A DNA stretch of 63,866 bases, filler included, from Cercozoa sp. M6MM (GCA_040357565.1; 11 parts of 11 records of this genome joined end to end with filler, not necessarily neighbours in it), one strand, 5' to 3'. Positions 51,058 to 63,866 are shown, numbered from the whole stretch's first letter. Translations and numbers: made by a program. The notes: generated by a model from the letters alone, not told the origin.

Positions 51058-53697
51058 ATGCTACTGACCCTTCCGCGCGGAACGCGTTTCCTTCTGGTGG
51101 TCTCTGGCGTTTTGCTACTATTGGCTGCTTGGAAGTCGCGTAATTGGCGGTACTCATTGCTGTGGCAGGTAGCTCCTCCTTATGATCCTTAGTGTTTCCA
51201 AAGAAAGGCTTTTTTGTGGCGAGTAGCTGAAGCAGCGAAATGCGGTGGAAGGCGAGTTGCCAAAAAGGATACGCAGCGTCAATGATGGTTGGGTTGATTC
51301 GGCACGCAGTTCTCTTTTGCAGGTTTCTGGTGACAAAGTCTCGAACAGTGAAACTGGCAGCGATGCAGTAACTACAGATCGTGAGTGGTCCAGTCTGGTG
51401 CAGTGCGTACCCGAAAGCCCAGAAACGTCATCTCAAGTGCGTGTGCACGTGGTGTTCCTTTCGATGCCTAGACCTTCGTGGCACGAGTACTTTTCTCTTT
51501 GTGTTGTGTGGTATGAAATGTGATTAGTGCGCATTGCTTGTGCAGAAACTTGTACCTGTCACGCGCGGTGCTTTCACTGAGAGAGTCGTATTTTCTGCAC
51601 CGCAAAAGCACCATTGAAAGCAACAAGGACAATGCTGACGTGAGATGGAGCGTTGGAGTGATGACTCCTTCTTCCACACTTGAGTATCTTTTGCAAGCAT
51701 TTATTCTTCCACACTCTCGTTTGTTTAATATGTGTGGTATCTACAGTGAGCATGGTGAACTTCGTATGCTGCGACGAAGACACCTTCTGTCGTGCCTGCA
51801 CGAGTAAACTTTTAGTGCTCCCATCAATTTCTTTCTTACTTTCTTTGACTTGAATGATGACTCAGGTTCCATGCGGAAGAAGCCAGGCGTGCTCGCATGG
51901 CAGCTGCGTAAATTCTGTCTTCCTAGTCTTTTGGGTCATGTGTGACCGTATTCTTGTGCATAGCACCGGCGAACACGATGACGAAGAAACTCCAAGGTGC
52001 CTGGCTTTTGTTGGAACGGTATGCCGTCTTTGCTTGAATTATTGTACAATCAGACAAGCACTCAAAGCGATGACGAAGCGAGAGCGCTGGCGGTGGCAAC
52101 ACTTTGGCAACTACGCCGCTGCGCTGCGACTCGTGAAAGATTCCGAGTACCGACACTTCTTTGTGTTCTGCACTTTATTGATTCGTGCCTACTTTTTAGA
52201 TATATTCTGCTGCTCGAGGATGATGTCGTCATGTCGCGGGACTTTGTCAAAACCGTCGAAGCTTTCGTGTCGCCCAACAGTGTGTCCAATGTGTTCTCGA
52301 GCAGTGGCCAGCAATTAAACCAGCCCGCTTATCTGCGACTGTTTCTTCCGGAACTGTATCTGGGTTGGGCGGGTGAGAACTGGCATATTCAAGTTCTGCT
52401 GCCGCTTGGTAGCCTTGCCTCACCATGTTAGAGTTTTTCTGGATTGGTGTATGCCTTTGTACACACAACAGGAGTCGCCTTTGTGGTGGGTGCACTCTGG
52501 CGCCTGCTTCAGCCGTGCTTGGGCAACGCTGTCGATACAGGCACCACTGTTGCCAAGTACACCTCTATGGACACTCATACTTTTGATGAAGACGGCGATA
52601 TTGAGGACGGCACACTCGGCAAAGTGCATCTGAGTCTTCCGTGGCCAGGCCATGCAGACGAACTTGCGTACCTTGTTGCTTCCACCGGTGGATTATGCGA
52701 AGGCTCCTGCAAACTCCTTGTGTACAGGAACAGAGATGCACATGTGTACTCAAGATCACCAACGCCGTCGGAGTGCGAGTTCCCAGCATCTCCGCGGTTC
52801 ACCATGAGCAACTCCCGGGCTTCAACATTGCTGAAGCACACAGTGAGACAGTCGATCCGGACACTGCGGTCGCTGTCGAGATCGGTGCACTTTCCGAGTG
52901 TCGTCAATGGTCTGATCGCCGGCGTTACAGCTTGGCTGCTTCTGGTGATTGTTGGGTACGTCCGAGTCAGGTTGTTCCATTTGAGTGAAACCCAGACTGT
53001 ATCTGCCTTGACAGCAAACAAAACATCACGATATGGCCATTGTGGCCGTACCGCGATGACACCGTCAGTGTTGCTACAATCAGTGCCTGTCTGCAGGGCA
53101 ACCTGTACCCTCGCGATGCTGCTCTCCATATCGCTGGTATGCTCCACATGAACTCACCCGAGTTTCGCACTTACCTATCCTGTATGTAGACGAGTTTGAA
53201 AAGGCACAACAGTCGCTGCTGATGAAATTCGCTACTGCCGAGGTTCAGGAAGAACTGCGACAACGAGAGATTCGTGAGGTACCTCTGACCGTACTTTTGA
53301 CCTAATGTCTTCCCAAAATCTCCATGTTCTTGACGATGTGATCCAGAGGACCGCAAAACCTCAAGAGGACGAGGACGAGTGGGTGCGACCGCTCGACATC
53401 ATACTCGGCGATATTGTGAGGGACATGCCGAAACATAGTGCACTGCAGTACTATCCGTCCCTTTTGCAGGTACCTCTATAGTTTTGTTTCTCGTTGGTCT
53501 GCGAGGATACACTGTGTGCCAAAACAGCACGTGGGGGTCGTGTCTAGTGGCCAGAAACCTCGGCCGTGGTACAAGTTCCCGGACTCCAGGTACGATTCTG
53601 CCAGACCTTTCGTCCTCTGTTTATTTCAGTGGGTATCTGTTGTTATTGTGGTAGGTCAATACGTGACGTCGACAAATTGTTTCCAGAAGACATCTAA
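51058..53697 (+). CDS. PGAP4/TMEM246-like (GnT-IV-related) glycosyltransferase
   Basis: N-terminal TM; NYAAAL...YILLLEDD; YLRLFLPE; two internal hydrophobic segments; ACLQGNLYP; PSLLQHVGVVSS. Confidence 0.7.
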
Positions 53698-53834
53698 AAC
53701 TTGATCGCTTTGGAATCTAACGCAATAGATATCCATCCCTTCAGTTTACCCGCCACGGGAAACATCGCACCTCGTCGGATGCCGTCGGATGTCGCTAGCG
53801 TAAGTACACCCGATTAAGCGGGTGTACCCCGGAT

Positions 53835-53862
53835 TGGCGGAGCGTTTTTTGAAAAAATCCAA
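53835..53862 (+). repeat. Dispersed intergenic repeat, partial copy B
   Basis: TGGCGGAGCGTTTTTTGAAAAAATCCAA versus copy A TGGCGGGGTTTTTTGAGGAAAAATCCAA. Confidence 0.55.
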
Positions 53863-54117
53863 CCGTTAGGCGTTGTGGGCTTTCCTAAGTTTCCTTCACG
53901 GACCGTATTATTTGCCCCCGGGTGTCTGGTATGTTTAGGTACACCGCTGGAAGGTTTTCACTTTATTGACGATAGGGTTTCCCCGCACAACGCAATCCGG
54001 GATATGCATACCCGATTAAGCTGTCATACGAGAATGCTAGCGTCAGGAATATGTTGAATACAACATTCGTTCGCTATGGATCTATTACGTCAACGCAAAC
54101 GAAACAAACACGTTCGA

Positions 54118-54930
54118 TCATTGGTATCGACCGCGCTGTCGGTGGTCGAAGCGACGAACGCCGCCGCGACGATCGCGTCGCGCCAGCAGACGCTCGTTCT
54201 CCTGTACATACATACATGGATGCATTACACATCTCAGCAAATTTGCCCCAGAGCACAGGCAGAGCAGAGAAAGGTGATGGTACAGCACGGATGGCGCGGT
54301 AGGCCTTGACCTGCACCTCCCAGGCCGGCTCGAACACCTGTCGCAGGTACTCGCCGTACTTCTCGGTGATCTGAGTGGGATGCTCGATGCGCAGCTCCTC
54401 ATTTGGATGCGTGTTCAGCAGCATAAACTGCGCGGGAGTTACACACAAGATAGAGGTAGAGGTAGGGGAGAGGGTAGGGTACAGCAGCGCCCTCGTCGTC
54501 GTCGCCGGCATGCAGACGCTCAAGCGCGCGCATCATACGTTCGCGCAGCTTGACGCGCTTGAAGGCCGCCAGGTCAAAGTCGCGCAGCAGCAGGTAGCCT
54601 TGCGACTGCACCAGGTGCAACGGCATGCCCTGTGCTCAGCCAAGTGTATATGTACACACAGACATACATACAATATATACATATATACATGTAAGGTACC
54701 TGCTGCGGCTTAATGACGTGCAGCACGTCGCGGAACACGCAGCGCAGAGCGCACACGATCTCAACGATCACGACCGACAGACGCGTTTTAATGCGCAGCA
54801 GCATGTCGCCGCCTGCCAGTCAGGGTAAAGGTTAGGGGCGCCCCCGGGGGGGGGGGTAAAGAAGTTGATCGATGTGTTACCCTCGGCAACGTTCTGAACG
54901 GCAGCCAGCACACGCGAGAAGTGGAACACC
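54118..54930 (-). CDS. Hypothetical protein, 3' part
   Basis: GC3-rich exons (YLLLRDFDLAAFKRVKLRERMM; EHPTQITEKYGEYLRQVFEPAW) with GT-AG introns. Confidence 0.65.
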
Positions 54931-55060
54931 TAANNNNNNNNNNNNNNNNNNNNNNNNNNNNNNNNNNNNNNNNNNNNTTAATTAATTAANNNNNNNNNNN
55001 NNNNNNNNNNNNNNNNNNNNNNNNNNNNNNNNNCCCCCCCCCTGTTTCAGTCGACGAGGG

Positions 55061-56689
55061 CGAAGAAAACGTGCTGCGAGTGGAACGCAGCGAAAGTCTC
55101 TTCGCGTCTCTGGCCTCACGACCCGTGTATTTCGGTACCTGTCCATCTGTACCTGTCCATCTGTGTACCTGTTCATTTGTACCTGTCCTTTGTACCTGTC
55201 CAGAGACGGCAAAGCCGCCGACGGTGCAGAAAAACAAAGAGGCGCAGCACAAGGCCAAAGTGCTGTTGTACTCGCTGGGTACACTTTACCACCCCCTTAC
55301 CCCCCCCCCCCCTCAGGTGAGAAAGCAGGCGCACAGTCGCTGCAACTGTTGGCGGCGGAGCATGCTGCCGCACCTTCCTCGATCTACGGCTTCCGACAGA
55401 TGGTGCGTCTATAACCTCCCCTCTCCCCTCCCTATACCCCTTGTCCCCTTTACCCCCCACCCCCCTACAGGCACNNNNNNNNNNNNNNNNNNNNNNNNNN
55501 NNNNNNNNNNNNNNNNNNNNNNNNNNNNNNNNNNNNNNNNNNNNNNNNNNNNNNNNNNNNNNNNNNNNNNNNNNCCCCCCCCCCCCTCCCAGACGCACAC
55601 GTGAGGAAGCGGCGAAACGTGTGAAGCGACGCCAGCCGAAACTCGATCGTCACAATCGTGGACACTGGTATATCTTACCCCCCCCCCCCAGCGCCTTTAA
55701 ACCCACCTACTCCCATGTGCACCTAGGGTGCTGTGTAAGCGCTCGGGCGCGCAGAGCGTCTTGCTGCGCCGACTGTGTCGCGATGCTTTTTCGCAGGCAC
55801 TGCTGGCCGTGCTGCCTGTGCCGGACAAAGACGAGGTATGGGGCATGCGGGTCAGAGTATAGAGAGTATGGGGGGTCAGACAGAGTATAGGGGGTTGGAG
55901 TCTAGGGGATCTGAGTATATGGAAGTTAGGGTATTGTGTACAGGCGATCCTGGCACCACTGGCATCGCTGAATCTGGAGGCCGTTTTAGACGACAACAAC
56001 AACGACAACGATGTCGTCGACGACGAGAGCGACGACGAGGAAGGGGACGAGGGCATCGAGAAGGACGGTTTCGAAGCGCTGCGAAATGTAAGTCCTTTGC
56101 CTATCCTACCCTCTTCACTCTGTCCCCTCCCTCACCCCCTGCCTCTTCCCTTTGCCCCTACCCTTACCCTACCCCTACGCAGGCGGTGCGGCAGTTCAAA
56201 CGGCGGCAGTTGCGGCAGGTGGGTGCCACCATTCAGGCTAGTCAGGGACAGGTCTGTCAGGGTCAGGGCCAGGGTCCGGTCAGTCAGGGTCAGGGACAGG
56301 CGAAACAACACGACCACGTCAACGATGACTTCGCCGAGAACGAAAGCACTTTTGTCTTCGACAGCGACTGCGTCGATGACGACCGTACCGTCTCTTTCTC
56401 TTTCTATATATATACGTTTATAGGTTTATTATTAATATCTCTCTACACATACGTCTGCGTGTATGTGCAGAGACCCCTTCACGCTCAAGCGACGTGAAGC
56501 AGGAGGCGGCTTTCTACGACGACATGCCGGCTCTCCAAAAACTGGAGGTATGTGGCACCATGTCACCCCCCTACACATGTTTACTGTGGTGTGCCACAGG
56601 ATATTCTGTCTGATGTCGAGGAGAACGCCGCCATTCGCGTCAGGCCGCCTCGCCTCGACATCAACTCCAACATCATAGATCTCACGTGA
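55061..56689 (+). CDS. Hypothetical protein, acidic 3' part
   Basis: Spliced exons ending ...RLDINSNIIDLT*. Confidence 0.6.
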
Positions 56690-56792
56690 ATTTCGATGAA
56701 ACAAACCATGGGGTGCGATCGATGCGGTTCAACACAAACTGTCGAAACATAGCTCAGTCGAGTAAATGCATACGCCGTATATCGTAATTGCG

Positions 56793-56845
56793 GGGTGTGG
56801 CGGGGTTTTTCGAGGCAAAACCGACGCGAACCCCAAATATACCCC
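56793..56845 (+). repeat. Dispersed intergenic repeat, copy C, followed by a C-rich tract
   Basis: GGGTGTGGCGGGGTTTTTCGAGGCAAAACCGACGCGAACCCCAAATATACCCC. Confidence 0.75.
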
Positions 56846-57141
56846 CTTAACCCGCCTTACCCGCCTTCCCTCTATACCTCTTTTGCTCACCTTACCACCT
56901 TTAGCCCCCTTACCCCTTTTAGCCCCCTTACCCTTTAAGCCCCCTTACCTCCTTTTAGCCTTACCCTCCCCCCCCTTAAACTCTCTTCGATTCTGATTTT
57001 GTCTCGAAATACCCGGAATGTTCGGTAACTACCGCACAGCAGTATTGTTGATAGACCCGACCTAGTTATTTTAGTCATCGTCAGAAGCACGAATCTCCGG
57101 CAACATGACGGACACTGACAGCTGACGATCGGTTGAAGTCG

Positions 57142-57608
57142 TCATGACCGTCCGAGGCGAAAACGCAAGAACCTGGCGTCGCAGAATGGACACATGGTCA
57201 CGGTTCCATTATTACTGCACACACAGACACACACACACACACTCTCTCTCTCTCCCCTTGTCCAAAGCAGAGGAGAGAAAGGGAGGCGAGTGTACCTGTT
57301 GCCGTCGATGCGCTGTGCCGTCGCAAGGTCGCGCAGTTTCATTTCAAGCATGACTGCATGGGGGGGGGGTACCTACTGGTTGGGGGTGTGGATAAAGAAG
57401 CTACTCGCTTGGTCGGCACAGCGTTCATTAAGACAGCGCTGCGTTGGCGAAGGTCGTGCACTCAGCACCTCCTATATAGATGTCGGTATATAGCGATATG
57501 CCTATATGCAGATAGGTTGACATTAAAACAGGTGAAGAAAGGATGCACCGACGTGAGCCACATGGTCCTCTCCTTGCAGGCAGGGTAGTCTGCGCGTGTC
57601 CATCAGTA

Positions 57609-57673
<65 letters not shown>

Positions 57674-58263
57674 ACACACACACACATAGCGTCGGCAGGA
57701 ATACTGCGACAGGAGACGACGTATTTCTCGCCCTTCACTTGACGCAGTGTGTAGCCTCCTGTCCAGCAAGTATAAGGGATAAAAAAGATAATAAAAAAGG
57801 TGTGGGGGGGGGGGTAAAGATAAAGTTTACCTTTCTGTGCGTCGCAGGAGCAGCGTCGAAGAACAGTTTGCTGCGTGCCTTTCGCCAACTTGCACCTGCC
57901 ACATGACGTAAGGAAACAGGGGGGTCAAACCGGGGGATTAAAAGGATGGGTCAAAGGGGGTGACATACCTCGGATGCGTGCATTGGAAACACCGGTGATT
58001 CTGCAGCAATCGCGCACTCTCCTCAATGTCCGTGAACTCTCTCTGCAGGGGGCGGGGTAAACAAGGAGGTAAGCAGGAGGATAAACAAGGGTAAACAAGG
58101 GGTATAGAGGGGCATAGAGAGGGTGAACAGGGAGTAGAACCGGCGGATTGACGAAGCAGAAGGGACAGACAAAGTGCGTTTTTTTGTTCTTCTGATTCCT
58201 CACCTGGACCACCTGAAATCGGCAGATCGGACACGTCGTTTCCGCCACTGGCTCCAGCGATCC
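57142..58263 (-). CDS. TOP3: DNA topoisomerase III C-terminal zinc-ribbon region (TOP3B-like), 5' partial
   Basis: CPICRFQVV...HFVCPFCFVNPP...CFQCTHPRC...CPFCD matches the TOP3B-type Cys pattern. Confidence 0.75.
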
Positions 58264-58455
58264 CTGCATTTTACCCCGCTGTTTACCNNNNNNNNNNNNN
58301 NNNNNNNNNNNNNNNNNNNNNNNNNNNNNNNTTAATTAATTAANNNNNNNNNNNNNNNNNNNNNNNNNNNNNNNNNNNNNNNNNNNNACACACACACACA
58401 CACACACAGACGCACAGACACACACATATACAACATAGAGTGTGTAGGGAAGTAC

Positions 58456-59806
58456 TTTATCGGCGCGCGCCTTCTTGGCACGTGCAGTGACTTGCGTCTT
58501 GCTGCCGCATCGTTTCGTCTCGTGCTGTGCCCCATCAAGAAGTATGTGGGTAAGGCAGGCTGTGGACAGTTGTATGCGAGCCAGAGAGTGTGTGCACCTC
58601 TTCGCCGAGAAGCTGGCGCAGGTGTTTGCAGGTGCGCAGATCGACCGACATGCGCTGGTTGCGCCAGGCCATGCAGCTGTATCCACCCGTGTTGTTAGAG
58701 AGAATGTGTGTATGTTTGTATGTCTGTGTGTGTGTGTGTAAAGAGAGTACGTGCAGTAGAAGACACCACCACGGCAGCGCACGTCGTAGGGTCGAGCGGC
58801 ACTGCCTTGCACTCTGTTTGAGAAATGTATAGGAGTCACATGCACACATCCACACAGAGCGTACTGAATCAACTCGTCGTTGAGCAGACGACGCAGGTTC
58901 TTCTTCTCCTCGGTTTCGTCCTTATCGTCAGCAGAGATGTTGTTGGCGCAGCTGGCACTGCTACCGACACTGCTGCCACTGACACTGGTGTCACTGATGC
59001 TGCAGTTTGATGCTGTCTTTGACGGAGCTTTGGCAACAAACACACAACAGCAGATGCAGCAGAAACCAAAAGGAAGGGAAAGAGACAAGAGTACACGCGA
59101 CACGACGTCGTTTCGGCGGGTTTTCGAGTTCTTCCGAGGCCTCCCTCTTCTGTCGTTGCACAACACCAGCAGATGTGGCCACATTCGTAATATCCGTGTC
59201 CGAATAAACTGATCGTACCTCCTGGTACTCCTGCAGCATCTTTTGCATCCCCTGCAGTGCTTCATCCTGGGAGGCAAAGCGCGACACCATCTTGGCACCT
59301 ACGAGTTGCATAGCACAGTAACCGGTGCAGTATCTCTGCTTTCACAGGGTGCTACCAGTGCTGCTGGTGACGTGCAACTCGCTGCCACGTGTCTTCAGAG
59401 TCAGCTCAGTCCCGCTCTTGCGGATCGTTCGCGTGCCGCCGTACAGGTGCAGCATCTTCAGTTTACACATGACAAAGGTACACATGCACATACACCAATG
59501 CTTTTGATTGTTGGGCCCAGTAAACTGCACAACTACCTGTTGCACAAAGGCGTCGAACTTTTCCTTGATGTCATCGGAGTCCAACACATGCTCCAGCTGT
59601 CGCAACAACAGTATCGACACGGCACAATGAAAAGTTACACTGGGCTGTGTAGGTACCTTCTCAGTGAGATTGGAAAGCTTGCCTTGTTGCAGGTACAGGG
59701 CAAACTCGCGCGGCACACCCCACCGACGCTCGATTCCTACTAGCGCATCCACAAATTCACCAGGTAGGCCAAACGCAGCGGCTGAGCTGTGCAGTGGTGT
59801 TCTCAT
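58456..59806 (-). CDS. SWIM zinc-finger protein (WGR-like segment + SWIM), 3' partial
   Basis: Spliced VQGSAARPYDVRCRGGVFYCTCMAWRNQRMSVDLRTCKHLRQLLGEE (CxC..CxH). Confidence 0.75.
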
Positions 59807-60038
59807 CTTAGCTTTTGGATGTTGATATGAGTGTAGAACTACTCAATGGACAGACCCGTGATTTGATTGAGAGCTCGAAATTGGCGGGAATTGCCAGTGA
59901 AAATAAAATACTGAACTTCTGCTATAAAGAATGCAGTGTGCCGTTAGCGTGCTCGTGATAGTAAAAACACCGAATAGCTCACATGATCGGCTGCGGATCA
60001 TGCCTGGCTCCGGTATGCGGCGCAAACCCATTGTGCGG

Positions 60039-60254
60039 TTAGCAGCGCTCGAAGATCTTGTAAAGCTGCTCGAGGCGCGCCGTGACGACAAAGCTGCCGT
60101 CCTCGGCATGTCTTCTACACACATACACACACACATGTGCACACACACACACACNNNNNNNNNNNNNNNNNNNNNNNNNNNNNNNNNNNNNNNNNNNNNN
60201 NNNNNNNNNNNNNNNNNNNNNNNNNNNNNNNNNNNNNNNNNNNNNNNNNNNNNN

Positions 60255-60298
<44 letters not shown>

Positions 60299-62610
60299 TT
60301 CGAATAAGAAAGAGCGTAGTACCTCAGCGGAGTAATACCAGCGCGCAAAGCAGGGAAGATCGTGTGCTCCACGATCTCCTTAACTGTCATTCTGCAGGCA
60401 GCAAAGACAGACAAAAAATACACTGACACAAAGTTCCGGTGTGTTCTGAACGATCAAACCCATCCTGCAACTGCCAAGGCGCCAAGTAGCGCGGTCGAAA
60501 AGCGTAGAAATTCGCCAACTCGTTCGAAATGTCGACAAAGCACTGTTTCTCTTGCGACCACTACGTGCACACAGGTCCAATGGATGATGATTGTTGTATG
60601 AGGATACTATATATATATATATATATATATATGGGTTGAAAGGGGTAGGGTACATCGACGTTGGTGGCCAGACGCAGCAGGAACAGCGGCAGGTCCAACA
60701 GCGGCGGCGTGTAGCGCGGTGCCAACTCCGGCAACTGCACGAGTCGCACGCTGTCCTCGCTGTGGCTCTTAAGGCCTCGGTCTGGACTGTCTTGGTCTGG
60801 ACTGTCTTGGTTTGAATCGACGGCGGTACTGACGAGTGTGATGGAGAAGTACAATGACAGCATCTCGGCGTGCTGCCACAGACGCTGCGTCGCCTTGCCT
60901 GCGCCCCCAAACGATGCTATCTGTGCAAACACACAACATAACGGCAGACAGAGGTACGAGCCAGATGGTCCACGGGTCCGTCTGCCGGTGTCCAACCCTG
61001 CGCGTACACTCCAGTGAGTCAGTTGGTCAGATAGTCAATCAGCCAGTCAGCTAGTCAAGTCAGGCAAGGGAGAGACGGGTACCACACGACGCGACTGTAG
61101 TGCCGTTGTCATGAGCGACAACACCGAGACGCCCGCGTCGCCGTCATTGCTACCCGGCTCATTCAGAGATATGCGTGGGTGGTGCGCAAAGTTGCGCAGT
61201 GCCTACATCAACACATACATACACACACATGCATGTGCACACGCGGACACACAAGGAAGCACGGTGGAGACACCTGCTCGAAGAAGAAATCGCGTGTCAC
61301 GGTCGGAATGCGCACCAACATGAGTTGCGTGTCGCACTGCACCACCGCCATATCCAGGTGTCTGCCATAACACACATACAAACACGCACTTGCATAACAG
61401 TGGCGGCACAAATAGAGGGCACACACGCCCAAGCAGAGCACTCGTACTCATCATCGACGAGTCCGACAAAGAAGTGCCGCGCGAACAGGTCGTCGAGCGA
61501 CTCGTGCCGCTGCGCGTCCAACTCGTCCAGCAGCTCATTGACCTGAGCAAGATTGTCGCGCCATATACCACCTTACGTAAATACATAATATACGTAAATA
61601 TATACATATATATATATATATATACGTTAAATAAATGCATAGATACCGAGGACAGGTCGGTCGGTCTGCGTCGGTTGCGCTTGTTCCTAACGAGTACGCT
61701 GGCGTCGCCCGACGCTTTCATTTGCTGTGACACACAGTGCATGACACACACGCACACACACGCGCATGCGTGTAGCGTACCACGTCCTTGTGCGTCACTT
61801 TCTGCGACCCGTCGCCTTGCACGTAGTTGCCTACAGCAGTGTGGTACATACATAGAGCCCTGTGTATGTATGCAGTGCGCATGAGCATGTACCCGACTGC
61901 TCAGAACGAGGTGCCAAAACGCCACTGTTCAACGAAAAGATCTTGTCCTCTGCCCTCATACGTATATTAGCACCCCGCACAGGACACGAAGGTGCAGTAC
62001 CCTTGGGTGCATGTCTGAGAAACATCTCGAGACGGTTGGAGGGACTCTTGTGGTCCACTCGCACCAGCTTGTCCGGTCTCGCCTCTTTCTTGGCCTGCTT
62101 TTATTGTATTGGTCGTTTGGTGTCTCCATGAACATACGCAAAGAGCGAATGGAAGAGAGACTACCGGAGTCTTTGGGGCAGGCTCAGTTTGCGACTGTGC
62201 GCCCGTCCACTGGTACATGTCCTACGCAGGAGTGTCTTCTGGAATAGTAGAGCCGGAAGAAAACATACCAGGAACTTGCGTCGCTTCTTGTGCGGATTCT
62301 CCTGTGCCTGCGTGTGGAACATTTCGTTCTTCACTGCAGCATTCTATTGTGCACACAAGCAGGCATGCAAATACACAAGTGTACACGAACCGAAGCCTCG
62401 TTTGTGTACCTGCGGTGCCAGTGTTTGCGACTTAAAACTTCGACTGGCGTGCGACACCGACACTGCCGCATCGACTGCTTTGAGCACTTCTGCTGTGATC
62501 TGTCACAAACACACACACACACTTACACATGAAAACAAGCAGGTAAGCAGGTCTACCTGGTCCTGCTGCAGACAGCGAACTTCGTGCTTGGTGGGTGATA
62601 CATTAACGTC
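60039..62610 (-). CDS. MLH1: DNA mismatch repair protein MLH1, C-terminal half, 5' partial
   Basis: DVNVSPTKHEV, HFFVGLVD, EMLSLYFSI, LPLFLLRLATNVDW, VEHTIFPA, terminal LYKIFERC*. Confidence 0.95.
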
Positions 62611-62766
62611 CTATACACGCGAAGGATACACTCACAGGCAAGCATCCGCGAACACTCGAATACCACNNNNNNNNNNNNNNNNNNNNNNNNNNNNNNNNNN
62701 NNNNNNNNNNTTAATTAATTAANNNNNNNNNNNNNNNNNNNNNNNNNNNNNNNNNNNNNNNNNNNN

Positions 62767-63866
62767 GGGGGGGGGGTAAAATACCAAGCACATCGCGCAC
62801 GACCTGAAGCGTCGCGCCCTGCGCGTCCGGCTCGCCCTGTCGCAGAATCCATTTTATAACTTTCCCGTATTTTTCTGCATCCGCGCGGATACCAGATCGA
62901 TCGACGCGACCGGTTCGCCCGTGCGCGGGTCCTCGCCACTCTGCAGAAACACACGAAGAAAAATGAAGAAAAAACAACAACAAAAACAACAAAAAACAAA
63001 AGAAAAACAAACAAAACAAAAGAAAACACAACAAAACACAACAAAACACAACAAAACAAAAGAAAAACAAACGAAACACAACAAAACAAAAAGAAAAAAC
63101 AACAAAACAAAAGAAAACACACACAAAACAAAGAAACACAACGAAAAAAAAAACACAAGAAAAAAGAAAAACAAGAAAAAAGAAAAACAACAAAAGAAAA
63201 ACAACAAAAAACCACAACAAGACTTACGGGCGGCTCGATGTAGATGTGCAGCGTCTGGTCCGACTGCAGGATGCGCAGCACCGCACGCGGCAGACATCTG
63301 CAGGAGGGGGGNNNNNNNNNNGGGGGGGGGGTAAAATACCAAGCACATCGCGCACGACCTGAAGCGTCGCGCCCTGCGCGTCCGGCTCGCCCTGTCGCAG
63401 AATCCATTTTATAACTTTCCCGTATTTTTCTGCATCCGCGCGGATACCAGATCGATCGACGCGACCGGTTCGCCCGTGCGCGGGTCCTCGCCACTCTGCA
63501 GAAACACACGAAGAAAAATGAAGAAAAAACAACAACAAAAACAACAAAAAACAAAAGAAAAACAAACAAAACAAAAGAAAACACAACAAAACACAACAAA
63601 ACACAACAAAACAAAAGAAAAACAAACGAAACACAACAAAACAAAAAGAAAAAACAACAAAACAAAAGAAAACACACACAAAACAAAGAAACACAACGAA
63701 AAAAAAAACACAAGAAAAAAGAAAAACAAGAAAAAAGAAAAACAACAAAAGAAAAACAACAAAAAACCACAACAAGACTTACGGGCGGCTCGATGTAGAT
63801 GTGCAGCGTCTGGTCCGACTGCAGGATGCGCAGCACCGCACGCGGCAGACATCTGCAGGAGGGGGG
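62767..63866 (-). other. Three-exon gene fragment present twice around a 10-N gap (probable assembly duplication); includes an intron of about 280 nt that is T-rich and low-complexity
   Basis: 62767-63311 appears identical to 63322-63866. Confidence 0.85.

Noticed and set aside
62767-63866. Tandem exon duplication, and Phe/Val/Cys-rich or Lys-rich long ORFs
   Set aside because: Identical copies flanking a 10-N gap indicate scaffolding overlap; the ORFs are translations of a low-complexity intron

Overview
Eukaryotic, very intron-dense protist-like genomic DNA using the standard code. It is 11 unrelated contigs joined by artificial N-TTAATTAATTAA-N linkers, so adjacency across linkers means nothing. 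The ORF track is mostly uninformative because exons are short (about 30-250 nt) and separated by short GT-AG introns; all gene models below were spliced by hand. Recognisable genes: diacylglycerol kinase, syntaxin tail, WDR7-like WD40, Tudor-SN, zinc-ribbon/calponin fusion, DHX16/Prp2, mARC/MOSC, copine, long-chain acyl-CoA synthetase, glucosidase II alpha, severin/gelsolin, an FN3 membrane protein, Nup155, RPL23A with an intronic C/D snoRNA, Spp2/GPKOW-like, CDC123, a degenerate myosin, a PGAP4-like glycosyltransferase, a topoisomerase III tail, a SWIM-finger protein and MLH1. Highlights: (1) an intact RPL23A whose conserved last exon is not found in the 14.7 kb that follow on the same contig (trans-splicing candidate or truncated snoRNA host); (2) a double-guide snoRNA combining U25- and U32A-type guides; (3) a pseudo-myosin with P-loop and both switches degenerate plus a Q/P/Y/G-rich N-terminus; (4) a dispersed intergenic element on three contigs, associated with GGTA-NN-TACC palindromes; (5) introns built from tandem multimers of splice-signal-like motifs and G4-prone TTACCC tracts.
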